In this document: positions 1 through 7,854 of the stretch, piece after piece | Layout: each line of letters starts with the position of its first letter | How positions within the stretch are numbered: the stretch's first letter is position 1 | Assembly (NCBI GenBank): GCA_023480925.1 | Contig: JAMCWY010000010.1 | Coordinates: 1-32,000, forward strand | Length of the DNA: 32,000 bases | DNA from: Patescibacteria group bacterium | GTDB lineage: Bacteria > Patescibacteriota > Minisyncoccia > UBA6257 > HR35 | Reading direction: 5' to 3' | The notes under the pieces: generated by a model | Databases searched by the model: none | What the model was told of the DNA's origin: nothing | Seen by the model: the letters and a program-made list of their open reading frames with translations, nothing else | Program-made: the position numbers and the translations under genes

Positions 1-17
1 CCCTTCGCCCCCTCCAT

Positions 18-200
18 TTTTTGCCCGCGAGCCGTAGCTCTGTCGCCCGCGCGTTGAGCGCGGAACCGAGCAGAAAAATTGCCCCCTCCTTTTAGAAGAA
101 AATCCAGCGCGCGCAAAATCAAAAAATGTGAAGGTAATTTTTCTGCGAGGCAGGCCACCGCTTGCGGCGGCTGGCGGCGGGTCAGCGCAGATTTCGTTTC
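18..200 (-). other. GC-rich, hairpin-dense non-coding block between tRNA-Asn and a minus-strand ATG at 17..15 (possible structured leader, ncRNA or edge of foreign DNA)
   Basis: My hand count gives roughly 58% G+C over 1-200, against clearly AT-rich flanks. GC hairpins at 47-63 (ccgcgc/gcgcgg) and 155-170. The 155-170 stem has a G-U wobble on the minus strand but an A-C mismatch on the plus strand, which favours minus. GCCCCCTCC occurs twice (7-15, 81-89). No convincing ORF. Confidence 0.35.
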
Positions 201-245
201 TTGGATTTGTGGATTAAATTCGGCAAAATAATTTCAAAAGTTTGT

Positions 246-320
246 TGGCTCCGGGACGAGGATTCGAACCTCGGACATCTTGGTTAACAGCCAAGCGTTC
301 TACCGCTGAACTATCCCGGA
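246..320 (-). tRNA. tRNA-Asn (anticodon GTT), CCA encoded
   Basis: The reverse complement folds by hand into a cloverleaf: acceptor tccggga/tcccgga, anticodon stem cttgg/ccaag with loop cTGTTAa, T-arm cgagg-TTCGAAT-cctcg, discriminator G, then CCA. Confidence 0.95.
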
Positions 321-447
321 ATATTTAAATTTTTTATTCAATTTAACTGGTTCAATTGAATATTTTTATTATAGCCTCAATTTAAAAAAATCAATAGATT
401 AGATAGACCTAAAAATATTTTTTGCTGGTTACAACAGTGAATAAACT

Positions 448-476
448 TTGACAAAGATACTAATTTCGCGTATAAT
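448..476 (+). promoter_or_regulatory. Consensus sigma70-type promoter (TTGACA-17 nt-TATAAT)
   Basis: TTGACA at 448-453, a 17-nt spacer, TATAAT at 471-476. It lies about 45 nt upstream of the SD-preceded ATG at 523. Confidence 0.6.
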
Positions 477-522
477 TAAAACAGAAAGTTTAAGAACCAA
501 ACTAAAAAGGAGGTGGATAAGT

Positions 523-729
523 ATGGCCGGGAAGTTGACTATTGTTGATTTGCTCAATCGGCAAGTTTGTTTCGCCTGTCGTTTTGGCGAGATAACGACA
601 GTCGAAATGGACAACGGCGAGTTAAAACGAATGCTACATTGTCGACGATTGGATTGCGACAACTGGGTAAAAATTGATGACGAAAAAGGAAAAGAACCCA
701 AGCCTCTTAATATCGTCAGACGTCATTGA
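523..729 (+). CDS. Small (68 aa) hypothetical protein with a 4-Cys zinc-ribbon-like pattern (CFAC ... CRRLDC)
   Basis: AAAGGAGGTG lies 7 nt upstream of ATG 523, so I prefer this internal start of track ORF 448..729. A consensus promoter lies upstream and a hairpin terminator downstream. I recognise no family. Confidence 0.7.
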   Translation: MAGKLTIVDLLNRQVCFACRFGEITTVEMDNGELKRMLHCRRLDCDNWVKIDDEKGKEPKPLNIVRRH

Positions 730-837
730 CAATTTGGAATAGAGATTTGTTTTCTGGTTTTTGATTTTTTTGATCGCGCTAAGGGCTGTCAGTTTGACGC
801 CCTTTTATTAAAAGCTTAAAATTTTGTTTTTCAAAAT

Positions 838-865
838 AAAACCCGGTTGTGTTTAACCGGGTTTT
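838..865. terminator. Bidirectional intrinsic terminator between convergent small genes
   Basis: aaaacccggtt-gtgttt-aaccgggtttt forms a perfect stem flanked by an A-run and a T-run. Confidence 0.7.
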
Positions 866-886
866 AAAATTCGTTGGCGATAAAAT

Positions 887-1081
887 TTATTTTTTCTTCG
901 CCAATGAGATTTCGCTAAGTCGCGGAATTTTTTCCTTTAAACTAACTCGGCCGAGAATAGCGTCGAAAAGCGACTGTTCAAGGGTTTGACCGGTGCCGCA
1001 AGTGCATTCGTTATCAAGCCAGGTGATTCTTGATTCCCAAACACCCTGAAAGCGCCGGCTGAATAGACCTCTAATTTTCAT
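887..1081 (-). CDS. Small (64 aa) hypothetical protein
   Basis: AAAAGGAG lies 6 nt upstream of the ATG on the minus strand, a promoter-like TTGCCC-16-TAAAAT lies upstream, and the terminator is just downstream. No family recognised. Confidence 0.65.
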   Translation of the reverse strand: MKIRGLFSRRFQGVWESRITWLDNECTCGTGQTLEQSLFDAILGRVSLKEKIPRLSEISLAKKK

Positions 1082-1125
1082 CTTGTTCTCCTTTTAGATT
1101 TCTTGACGATTTCAAGACTAATTTT

Positions 1126-1153
1126 ATTTTAGCATGAATTTTGGCGTGGGCAA
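1126..1153 (-). promoter_or_regulatory. Sigma70-like promoter (TTGCCC-16 nt-TAAAAT) for the 887..1081 gene
   Basis: Read on the minus strand: -35 at 1153..1148 and -10 at 1131..1126. Confidence 0.45.
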
Positions 1154-1306
1154 GGGTAATATTTATAAGGGTTAAATAATAAATTAATTAAAGCCGGAGC
1201 ATTGGAATGATCAAGTAAAACCAGTTTGAAAATTTAACGTTTTAACGACAATTTCATTCTCGACGTTCTTTAAAAAATTTTTTGCGTTATAATTTAAATT
1301 TAATCG

Positions 1307-2710
1307 ATGGAAGAAAACCAGGAAAATAAAAAACTTAAAGATATTCTTTACGATCTAACCCTTCATGACGTGCCGGCTTATGCGAATAAATTTTTTTACT
1401 CGCTTGGTTTTCTGGCTATGGTCGCTTTTGTTCTCTTGGTGATTTCCGGACTGATTATGGTTTTCTTCGGACCAAACTGGTGGTTAACGGCCAATGCCGG
1501 TATTTTTGTCCGAAGCATTCATCTTTGGGCGGCTCAAGCCTTTATTGTTTTTATTATCCTCCATCTCATTATCGTTTTTTTAACTTCCGGTTTTAAGGGA
1601 CCGCGAAAATTGACCTGGGTTTTAGGCGCCTTAATGTTTTTTTTCGCTCTTTTTGAGGCTGAGTTTGGTTATGGTTTACGCGATGATTTTTCTTCCCAGT
1701 GGCGGACGCTTTCGGCCGCGGATTTTTACAACGGCAGCGGCCTCGGCGCTTTTATTAATAATTTAAATTACGCTCAAATTTACGGCATTCATATTGTTCT
1801 AATTCCTCTTATTATTTTGGTTTTATTGGCAAGCCATTATCTTTTGGTTAAGGTTCGCGGTTTAGCTAAACCTTATTTGAAAGACTATCCGGTTAAAATG
1901 GTCAAGGCGAACCACAAGACTCTTTTTGCTCGGGGAATGATTTTAACGGTTGTAATTTTCGGTTTAGCTTTTGCTTTCCGGGCGCCATTAATTCTGCCAA
2001 CAACAATTAGTTTCGCGGCCAAAAACGATCCGAGCCTGGTCGCTGAAACTTTGATCGCTGAGTTCAACCGAACCTCAGACACCGCCACTTATCTTGACAA
2101 TATCGACCCGTACCAATACGACACGCGCGAGATTTATATTATCAAACCGTACAAAAAATATCTTGAACTAACGACTGGTCAAAATATTTTGGCCGATTGG
2201 TTGAAATTAAATTCGTCTTCTCGAGTTAAAGACATCGCCGCGGCAAAAAGTTATTTTAAAAATAACGGCGCTATCGTGACAAGCTTGGACAAAAACAATC
2301 CTTTTATCACTGTCATCGGTTCGTTAATGACAATGGCTCAGAGCGGTCTTTATCAAGACTGGCTTAATGGTTCGGAGGCGGTCGGAAATTTAACTTACAG
2401 TCAAAGATTTCTTTCCGATACCGGCATCATAAAAACTAAAGCAAAAAAATTGGGTATCACGACTAAACAATATGGAATGGTTAGGGAAGAAAACGGCGCT
2501 TGGCCGCCCGGCGCTTGGTGGTTGGCGCCGCTTGGCTTTCTTGATAATACCGTTTTAGCCAATGATCCGAATCAAGACCGAGACGGCGCGGAAATTCTCG
2601 GCGTTTTAATGCTAATTTTTATCGCCTTTCCTTATATCCCGGGCTTAAATCGAATTCCGGAAAAGCTAAACCTGGCCAAATTTTTTTGGCGGACGAAAAA
2701 TCAAACTTAA
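1307..2710 (+). CDS. Cytochrome b6/b N-terminal-type (di-haem) membrane domain fused to a ~230-aa hydrophilic domain and a C-terminal TM helix
   Basis: FVRSIHLWAAQAFIVFIILHLIIVFLTSGFKGPRKLTWVLG closely parallels the cytochrome b6 helix B/C region. His pairs are spaced 14 (helix B) and 15 (IHIVLIPLIILVLLASH, helix D). No PEWY or subunit IV-like part. TATAAT at 1288-1293 lies 13 nt before the ATG. Confidence 0.8.
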   Translation: MEENQENKKLKDILYDLTLHDVPAYANKFFYSLGFLAMVAFVLLVISGLIMVFFGPNWWLTANAGIFVRSIHLWAAQAFIVFIILHLIIVFLTSGFKGPRKLTWVLGALMFFFALFEAEFGYGLRDDFSSQWRTLSAADFYNGSGLGAFINNLNYAQIYGIHIVLIPLIILVLLASHYLLVKVRGLAKPYLKDYPVKMVKANHKTLFARGMILTVVIFGLAFAFRAPLILPTTISFAAKNDPSLVAETLIAEFNRTSDTATYLDNIDPYQYDTREIYIIKPYKKYLELTTGQNILADWLKLNSSSRVKDIAAAKSYFKNNGAIVTSLDKNNPFITVIGSLMTMAQSGLYQDWLNGSEAVGNLTYSQRFLSDTGIIKTKAKKLGITTKQYGMVREENGAWPPGAWWLAPLGFLDNTVLANDPNQDRDGAEILGVLMLIFIAFPYIPGLNRIPEKLNLAKFFWRTKNQT

Positions 2711-3205
2711 GTTTTAACTCATTTGATAAATAAAATAAAAAGCGCGATGATTTAAATATTAATTAGGGTTTAAGCACTCGTAAGAAGAGAGGAGGAATAA
2801 TCTTGGCAAATAAAAAAAATCGAAGTATATATTGTCGTGATTGTCGCGGTGACGATAATGATACTTAACGCGATAACGATGTTAGTATTCCGGTGGCATT
2901 GAATTAAATCATCGCCCTGTAGCTAAATTAGTTTAAGTCATGGGGTGTTTTTGATAATTAAATTATTAATACGTCTATTTTTCTGAATTGGAGGAGTAAA
3001 TTCTATATTTTATACTCGTTGCAATGGCTATGACGACAAAATATCGTTTTTCCATTTTTTATTAACATAAAACGAATTGGACCGTCTTATAATAAAAATA
3101 ACGCGGTTAACGTTAATCGAGTTTTGACTATTATTTTGATAACTTTTTATTTCTTGAAAATTATTTTAACGTTTAAAATATACTAGAGATAGAACAAGAT
3201 TAAAA

Positions 3206-3568
3206 ATGAAAAGAAATTTTTACCAAAATGAAAATTCAGACAATCGCGATCACGAAAAATTTCATCTGCCGGAGTCGGAGTTGGTTTTTTCTTTCAGCCA
3301 TAGCAGCGGTCCGGGCGGAGAAAATGTCAATAAGCTTGAGAATAAGGTGATGATTCATTGGGATTTTAAAAATTCTCAGGCTTTAAACGAAGAAGAAAAA
3401 AGAATTATTGAACAAAAGTTAAGCCATCGCATTAACGAGAAAGGAGCGCTTTTTATTTCCGATCAGTCCGAGCGGTTTCAACACCAGAATCGTGTTAAAG
3501 CGATTGAAAAATTAAATCAGTTGATCAGTGAAGTTTTATTTTCGGCTGAACGATATCAAAAAAATTAA
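3206..3568 (+). CDS. ArfB/YaeJ-like RF-1-domain protein (peptidyl-tRNA hydrolase family) with GGE in place of GGQ and no basic C-terminal tail
   Basis: SSGPGGENVNK plus SERFQHQNRVKAIEKL match the ArfB/ICT1 catalytic domain. Codon 3320-3322 is GAA (Glu) where Gln is expected. The ORF ends right after the helix that normally precedes the Lys/Arg-rich tail. Confidence 0.75.
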   Translation: MKRNFYQNENSDNRDHEKFHLPESELVFSFSHSSGPGGENVNKLENKVMIHWDFKNSQALNEEEKRIIEQKLSHRINEKGALFISDQSERFQHQNRVKAIEKLNQLISEVLFSAERYQKN

Positions 3569-3625
3569 TTTCAAACTGAAAATTGAAATTTTTAACTTCG
3601 ACTTAAAAGAAACTTTCGAATTTAG

Positions 3626-6166
3626 ATGACAAAAGAAAAAATTTTGGCTTTGAATTTAGAAGAAACGCTGGCGGCTTTGCGAACATCGACGGCTGGCTTG
3701 ACGCCGGTCGAGGCGAAAGAACGTTTAAGTCAATACGGATTCAATCTTTTGGCCAAAGATGTTTCAAGTGGTCCAAGAATTTTGTTAAATCAAGTTAAAA
3801 GCTCGCTTGTTTATCTTTTGTTCATCGCCGGTCTTATTTCGTTTTGGTTAAAGGAATATTCGGACACAATCGTGATCATGATTATTCTTTTAATCAACAC
3901 TTCCTTTAGTTTTTACCAGGAATATAAGTCGGAAAAAATTATTAAAAAACTTTCCGAGTTTATTAAAAAGGAAGTATTGGTTAAACGGTCAGGCCGGATT
4001 GAAGTTGAAGATCGAGTTAAGATTGTTCCGGGCGATCTAATTGTTTTGCGCGAGGGCGATGTTGTCCCGGCTGATTTAAAACTGATTGAAGCGGAAAATT
4101 TTGAAGTGAACGAATCTCAATTAACCGGCGAATCTGAGCCGGTCGCGAAAACAGTCATTAACCAAGCCGTTATCAATTCAGACAAAAAGAATCAGGATAA
4201 TTTAGTTTTTACCGGCAGTATCGTTGAAAAAGGCGTCGGCGTCGGCGTTGTCTACGCGATAGGCAAAGAGACATGTTTAGGTAAGATTGCCGATCTTTCC
4301 GCTTTAACCAAAAAAGAGACCTTATACGAAAAATCGATCCAAACTTTCAGTCTTTTTTTAATTAGGGTTGTTTTGGTCGGTTTGGCTCTGATTTTTATTT
4401 TAAAATTGATTCTTGAACCAAATCTAACCGATTTTTCTCTTTTGCTTATTTTTATTATCGCTTTAGCGGTCGCGGTCGTACCGGAAGCCTTGCCGGTTAT
4501 CACAACCGTGGTTTTGGCTCAGGGCGCTTTAAAATTAGCCAAAAAACACGTTGTGGTTAAACGTTTGACTTCATTGGAAGATTTTGGTAATGTCGATTTG
4601 CTTTGTACGGATAAAACCGGGACAATTACGGAAAATAATATGACGATTATTAAAATTGTTTCCAACGACAAAGAATTATTTCAAAAATTCGCTTTTGCCG
4701 GCATTACTTCTAATAATATTCGTCACCGAAAAACAAGCGATTCATTTGATCGAGCCTTTATTAATTTTATCCCCGAACAAATTCAGGCCGCGGCCAAGAA
4801 TTATCAAGTGGTTAAAGAACAACCTTTCGATCCAAACGCTCGCCGGCGCCGGCTCATTATCGAAGACCGAGATAAAAAAATTTATTTTTTAATCGTCATT
4901 GGCGCACCCGATTCGCTCTGGCCGATTTCAAAAAAATTAGAAACGGAAAAAGATTTGGAAACAATCAAGGTCGAAGGCAAAAAAGGTTTGCGTCATCTTG
5001 GTTTGGCTTATAAAGAAGTTGATTTTGACGGCAACTTCGATTTGATTAAAAACGAAAACGATCTTATCTTTCTTGGTTATGTTACTTTAGTTGATCCGCT
5101 TCGGCCAAGCGCCAAAGTGACGATTGAACGAGCGCGAAAATTAGGCGTTGAAATTAAAATTCTAACCGGTGATCGTCAAGAAGTGGCAAGTTATATCGGT
5201 CAAGAAGTTAATTTAATCCGGCCGGACGGAAAAGTTTACACCGGTGACGAATTAAGTCAATTATCGCCCGGCGATTTTAAAAAAATCGTTTCGACCGAAA
5301 ATATTTTCGCTCAAGTTTCACCGGAACAAAAGTACCGAATTATTAAAACATTAAAAGAAGATCATGTTGTCGCTTATCAGGGCGATGGCATCAACGACGC
5401 GCCCTCTTTGAAACTGGCCGATGTCGCCATCGCGGTTGACACGGCCACCGATGTCGCCAAAGAAAACGCCGACATTATTCTTTTAAACCGGAATCTCGAA
5501 GTTGTTATCAACGGCATTAAATCCGGCCGGTCAATTTTTACTAATATTAACAAGTACATTAAGTATACAATGGTGGGCAATTTTGGCAATTTTCTCGCTT
5601 TGGCCAGTTTATACTTAACCTCAACTGTTTTGCCCTTGCTGCCAACCCAAATTTTATTAACCAGCGTTATCACCGATATTCCTTTGATTTCGATTTCATC
5701 GGATACGGTCGCGGAAAAAGAAATAGTTAAACCGGAACGGCATAATCCCAGAGAACTTATCTTACTCTCGCTCCTTTTGGGCGTGCCAACGGCGTTATTT
5801 GAAATTTTTTATTTTGTTTTTATTCAAAACCAAACAATAATATTTGAACAAACGAGCCTGTATGTTTTTTTGACCTTCGTCCAATTAGTTGTCTTTTTTT
5901 CGATTCGACATAATGATTATTTTTGGCGCGCGAAAAAACCGGCTCTTGTTTTAATTTTGTTGTTTTTAACCGCCGCGATTTTTTCTCTCGGCATTATTTA
6001 CTTACCACTATCCCAACATTTATTTTCTTTCACCGCTTTGTCTTTTTCGACTATAGCTTCGATTTTTGGATTAACGCTAATTTATTTTCTTGTTCTTGAT
6101 TCCTTGAAAGTTTGGTACTATCACAATCTGGGCGGAAAATTTTTTTCCAAACTAAACAAAAATTAA
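3626..6166 (+). CDS. Cation-transporting P-type ATPase (type II/III-like, HAD-IC family)
   Basis: Motifs seen: DKTGTITEN phosphorylation site, TGES, PEALP in TM4, TGDRQEVA, GDGINDAPSLKLADVAIA, and an N-terminal GLTPVEAKERLSQYGFN cation-ATPase-N motif. Confidence 0.93.
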   Translation: MTKEKILALNLEETLAALRTSTAGLTPVEAKERLSQYGFNLLAKDVSSGPRILLNQVKSSLVYLLFIAGLISFWLKEYSDTIVIMIILLINTSFSFYQEYKSEKIIKKLSEFIKKEVLVKRSGRIEVEDRVKIVPGDLIVLREGDVVPADLKLIEAENFEVNESQLTGESEPVAKTVINQAVINSDKKNQDNLVFTGSIVEKGVGVGVVYAIGKETCLGKIADLSALTKKETLYEKSIQTFSLFLIRVVLVGLALIFILKLILEPNLTDFSLLLIFIIALAVAVVPEALPVITTVVLAQGALKLAKKHVVVKRLTSLEDFGNVDLLCTDKTGTITENNMTIIKIVSNDKELFQKFAFAGITSNNIRHRKTSDSFDRAFINFIPEQIQAAAKNYQVVKEQPFDPNARRRRLIIEDRDKKIYFLIVIGAPDSLWPISKKLETEKDLETIKVEGKKGLRHLGLAYKEVDFDGNFDLIKNENDLIFLGYVTLVDPLRPSAKVTIERARKLGVEIKILTGDRQEVASYIGQEVNLIRPDGKVYTGDELSQLSPGDFKKIVSTENIFAQVSPEQKYRIIKTLKEDHVVAYQGDGINDAPSLKLADVAIAVDTATDVAKENADIILLNRNLEVVINGIKSGRSIFTNINKYIKYTMVGNFGNFLALASLYLTSTVLPLLPTQILLTSVITDIPLISISSDTVAEKEIVKPERHNPRELILLSLLLGVPTALFEIFYFVFIQNQTIIFEQTSLYVFLTFVQLVVFFSIRHNDYFWRAKKPALVLILLFLTAAIFSLGIIYLPLSQHLFSFTALSFSTIASIFGLTLIYFLVLDSLKVWYYHNLGGKFFSKLNKN

Positions 6167-6232
6167 ACCTCGGTAAAAATTTAATTGAAAATTTCTAAAT
6201 AAAAATCAAAAATAATTTTTTGAACCAATTTT

Positions 6233-7393
6233 TTAATCGGTTGATTCTTTGACGAAGAAAATCAGCGCCGTCGCGATTAAACTTAAACCGATTGAAAAAA
6301 GGAACGGCGCTTTAAAATTTAAGTTTTGCCAGAGAAGCCCGGCGATGAGCGAAGCGGGCAGAGCGGTTAAACCGATAATCATTTCAAAAGCGCCGATCAG
6401 ACTCGCTCTGGTTTTGGCCGGCGCCAAATCGGAAATAAATGTTTTAATATTGCCCCTAGTTGCGCCGTAAACAAGACCGTAAATAATGAAAGCAAAAGCG
6501 ATAAAGAAAACTGATCTGAATAAGACAAACATAATATTAACGATTGTCAAGGCGAAGTAACCAATAGCCAGAACAAATCGGCGACCGATTCGATCGGCCA
6601 ACCGACCAAAAGGCAGAGCCGAGATAAAAGAGAAAAAAACAAAACCAAAATAAAGCAACGTGATAAGAGTTAGGCTAAAACCTTGCTTTCGAGCGGCAAG
6701 AATATAAAAAGATTCGGAAAAAGAAGCGAGTGTAAAAATAATCGAGGTTAAAGTAAAAAGTTTTAAATTGGGATTAAAATCAGAAAATGGAAACAATATT
6801 TTTTTAGTTGGTTCGACTGGTCTATATTTTTTTGACTCTTGAATAAATAAAATAATTAAGAGACTGCCGAATAAGGCCGGCAGGGCGGAAAGAAAAAAAA
6901 GTTGACGGTCGCTTAGAAAAAGAATCAAAAAAGCCGATAAAATTAATCCAACCAAAGCGCCGGCGCGATCGGTTGAACGGAGAAAACCAAACGCGGTCGC
7001 GCGGTGGTTATGTTCAGTCTCATCGGCGATAATCGCGTCTCGAGGCGCATCTCTCATCTTGCCGCTTCGGTCAATCGAACGACCAAGAATTAGTTGCCAA
7101 GACGTTGAGGCGACAGAGTAGAGAAGACCGGATAAAAACGGAAAAAAATAACCAATCGAAATAAAAATTTTCCGTTTCTTGATCTTATCGGAAAAAAATC
7201 CAGAGACGGCTTGAGAAATTGATTCTAAAGCCGAACCAAAACCGTCTAAGAAACCAAGAAAGATAATTGGTGCGCCGATCGTTTGAGTGACAAAAATTGG
7301 CCAAATTGTCGCGACAAGATAATGGCCAAGATCATTCAAGAATGAAGCGATGCCAAAAATAATTATGTCCTTTCGCGGTTTATTTTGTTCCAT
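6233..7393 (-). CDS. MFS transporter
   Basis: About 12 predicted hydrophobic helices over 386 aa, with MFS-like loop motifs (GRSIDRSGKMR, GRLADRIGRR). Confidence 0.85.
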   Translation of the reverse strand: MEQNKPRKDIIIFGIASFLNDLGHYLVATIWPIFVTQTIGAPIIFLGFLDGFGSALESISQAVSGFFSDKIKKRKIFISIGYFFPFLSGLLYSVASTSWQLILGRSIDRSGKMRDAPRDAIIADETEHNHRATAFGFLRSTDRAGALVGLILSAFLILFLSDRQLFFLSALPALFGSLLIILFIQESKKYRPVEPTKKILFPFSDFNPNLKLFTLTSIIFTLASFSESFYILAARKQGFSLTLITLLYFGFVFFSFISALPFGRLADRIGRRFVLAIGYFALTIVNIMFVLFRSVFFIAFAFIIYGLVYGATRGNIKTFISDLAPAKTRASLIGAFEMIIGLTALPASLIAGLLWQNLNFKAPFLFSIGLSLIATALIFFVKESTD

Positions 7394-7804
7394 TCAAAGA
7401 ACAAGTATATCATTTTACCGGCGTTTTTTTAAGACTGAATCAAATAAGTCGCTTAAAATTATTAAATCGGTTTTTGACAAAAAAGTTGAGAATCATCGAA
7501 ACCGCGCCGATGAAAAAATTTCATCAAGTTGGCAACAAAAAAGGCAGACCGGCCTTTCGAACGCCGGCCGGTTTTCGCGTTCGCCGGCGTTTGAAAACGG
7601 CAAAGATTAAATTTCGGTCTAAACCAAAAACAAAAGAAATAACGGGGCAAATATGATTGAAATAAATAAAATAATTATTTCAATTAAAACAAAATAAAAA
7701 CCGAGCTAAAAACTAATTAAAGATAAAAATAATCTCTTTAAAATTTAAAAACTAATTTTGTTTTGGTTTTAAAATTAGTGATTAAAATTTATAAGATGAG
7801 ACGT

Positions 7805-7842
7805 AAAAAGAGATTTAATTATTTTCAGTTAAATCTCTTTTT
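7805..7842 (-). terminator. Intrinsic terminator downstream of the 7855..8076 gene
   Basis: aaaaagagattta / taaatctcttttt inverted repeat with flanking A and T runs, immediately after the stop codon on the minus strand. Confidence 0.6.
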
Positions 7843-7854
7843 AGCCTTTCCATT

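Noticed and set aside
150-200. Partial resemblance, on the minus strand, of gaaatctgcGCTGACCCGCCgccag ... ggtggCCTGCC to the cobalamin-riboswitch core and B12 box.
   Set aside because: The upstream GGGAA/GGTG elements are missing and the spacing is wrong. The match covers only a few GC-rich bases. It cannot be claimed without a covariance-model score.
429-701. Antisense or overlapping ORFs in the track. Examples: 429..701-, 1885..2088-, 4252..4503-, 4656..4892+, 5377..5673-, 6249..6470+, 12540..12764-, 13138..13362-, 15284..15493-, 15552..15773-, 15604..15810+, 16311..16505+, 16799..17017-, 17440..17625-, 18601..18789-, 20146..20346-, 20955..21188-, 21007..21210+, 23234..23575-, 23813..24016+, 24317..24508+, 24505..24804+, 24774..24989-, 25693..25893-, 26493..26675+, 27169..27429+, 28083..28352+, 28349..28630-, 28383..28649+, 29300..29506-, 30053..30244-, 30534..30752-, 31393..31581+.
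   Set aside because: Each lies inside, or opposite to, a longer ORF with clear family motifs. Their translations are low-complexity or Arg/Ser-rich shadow-frame products without start signals.
2711-3205. Possibility that the long gap hides tmRNA, RNase P RNA, SRP RNA or 6S RNA.
   Set aside because: I found no tRNA-like GGTTCGA...CCA end, no GAGGAAAGTCC (RNase P P4) and no SRP GGAAGCAGCC-type motif. The region is AT-rich with little stable pairing.
7474-7656. A 60-aa very basic ORF (MTKKLRIIETAPMKKFHQVGNKKGRPAFRTPAGFRVRRRLK...) and the overlapping ORFs 7350..7610+ and 7462..7650- in the MFS upstream region.
   Set aside because: There is no SD or convincing promoter. The basic residues arise from the GC-rich palindromes described in the findings. 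I saw no resemblance to L32-L36 or other small basic ribosomal proteins. I treat the region as non-coding, but with low certainty.
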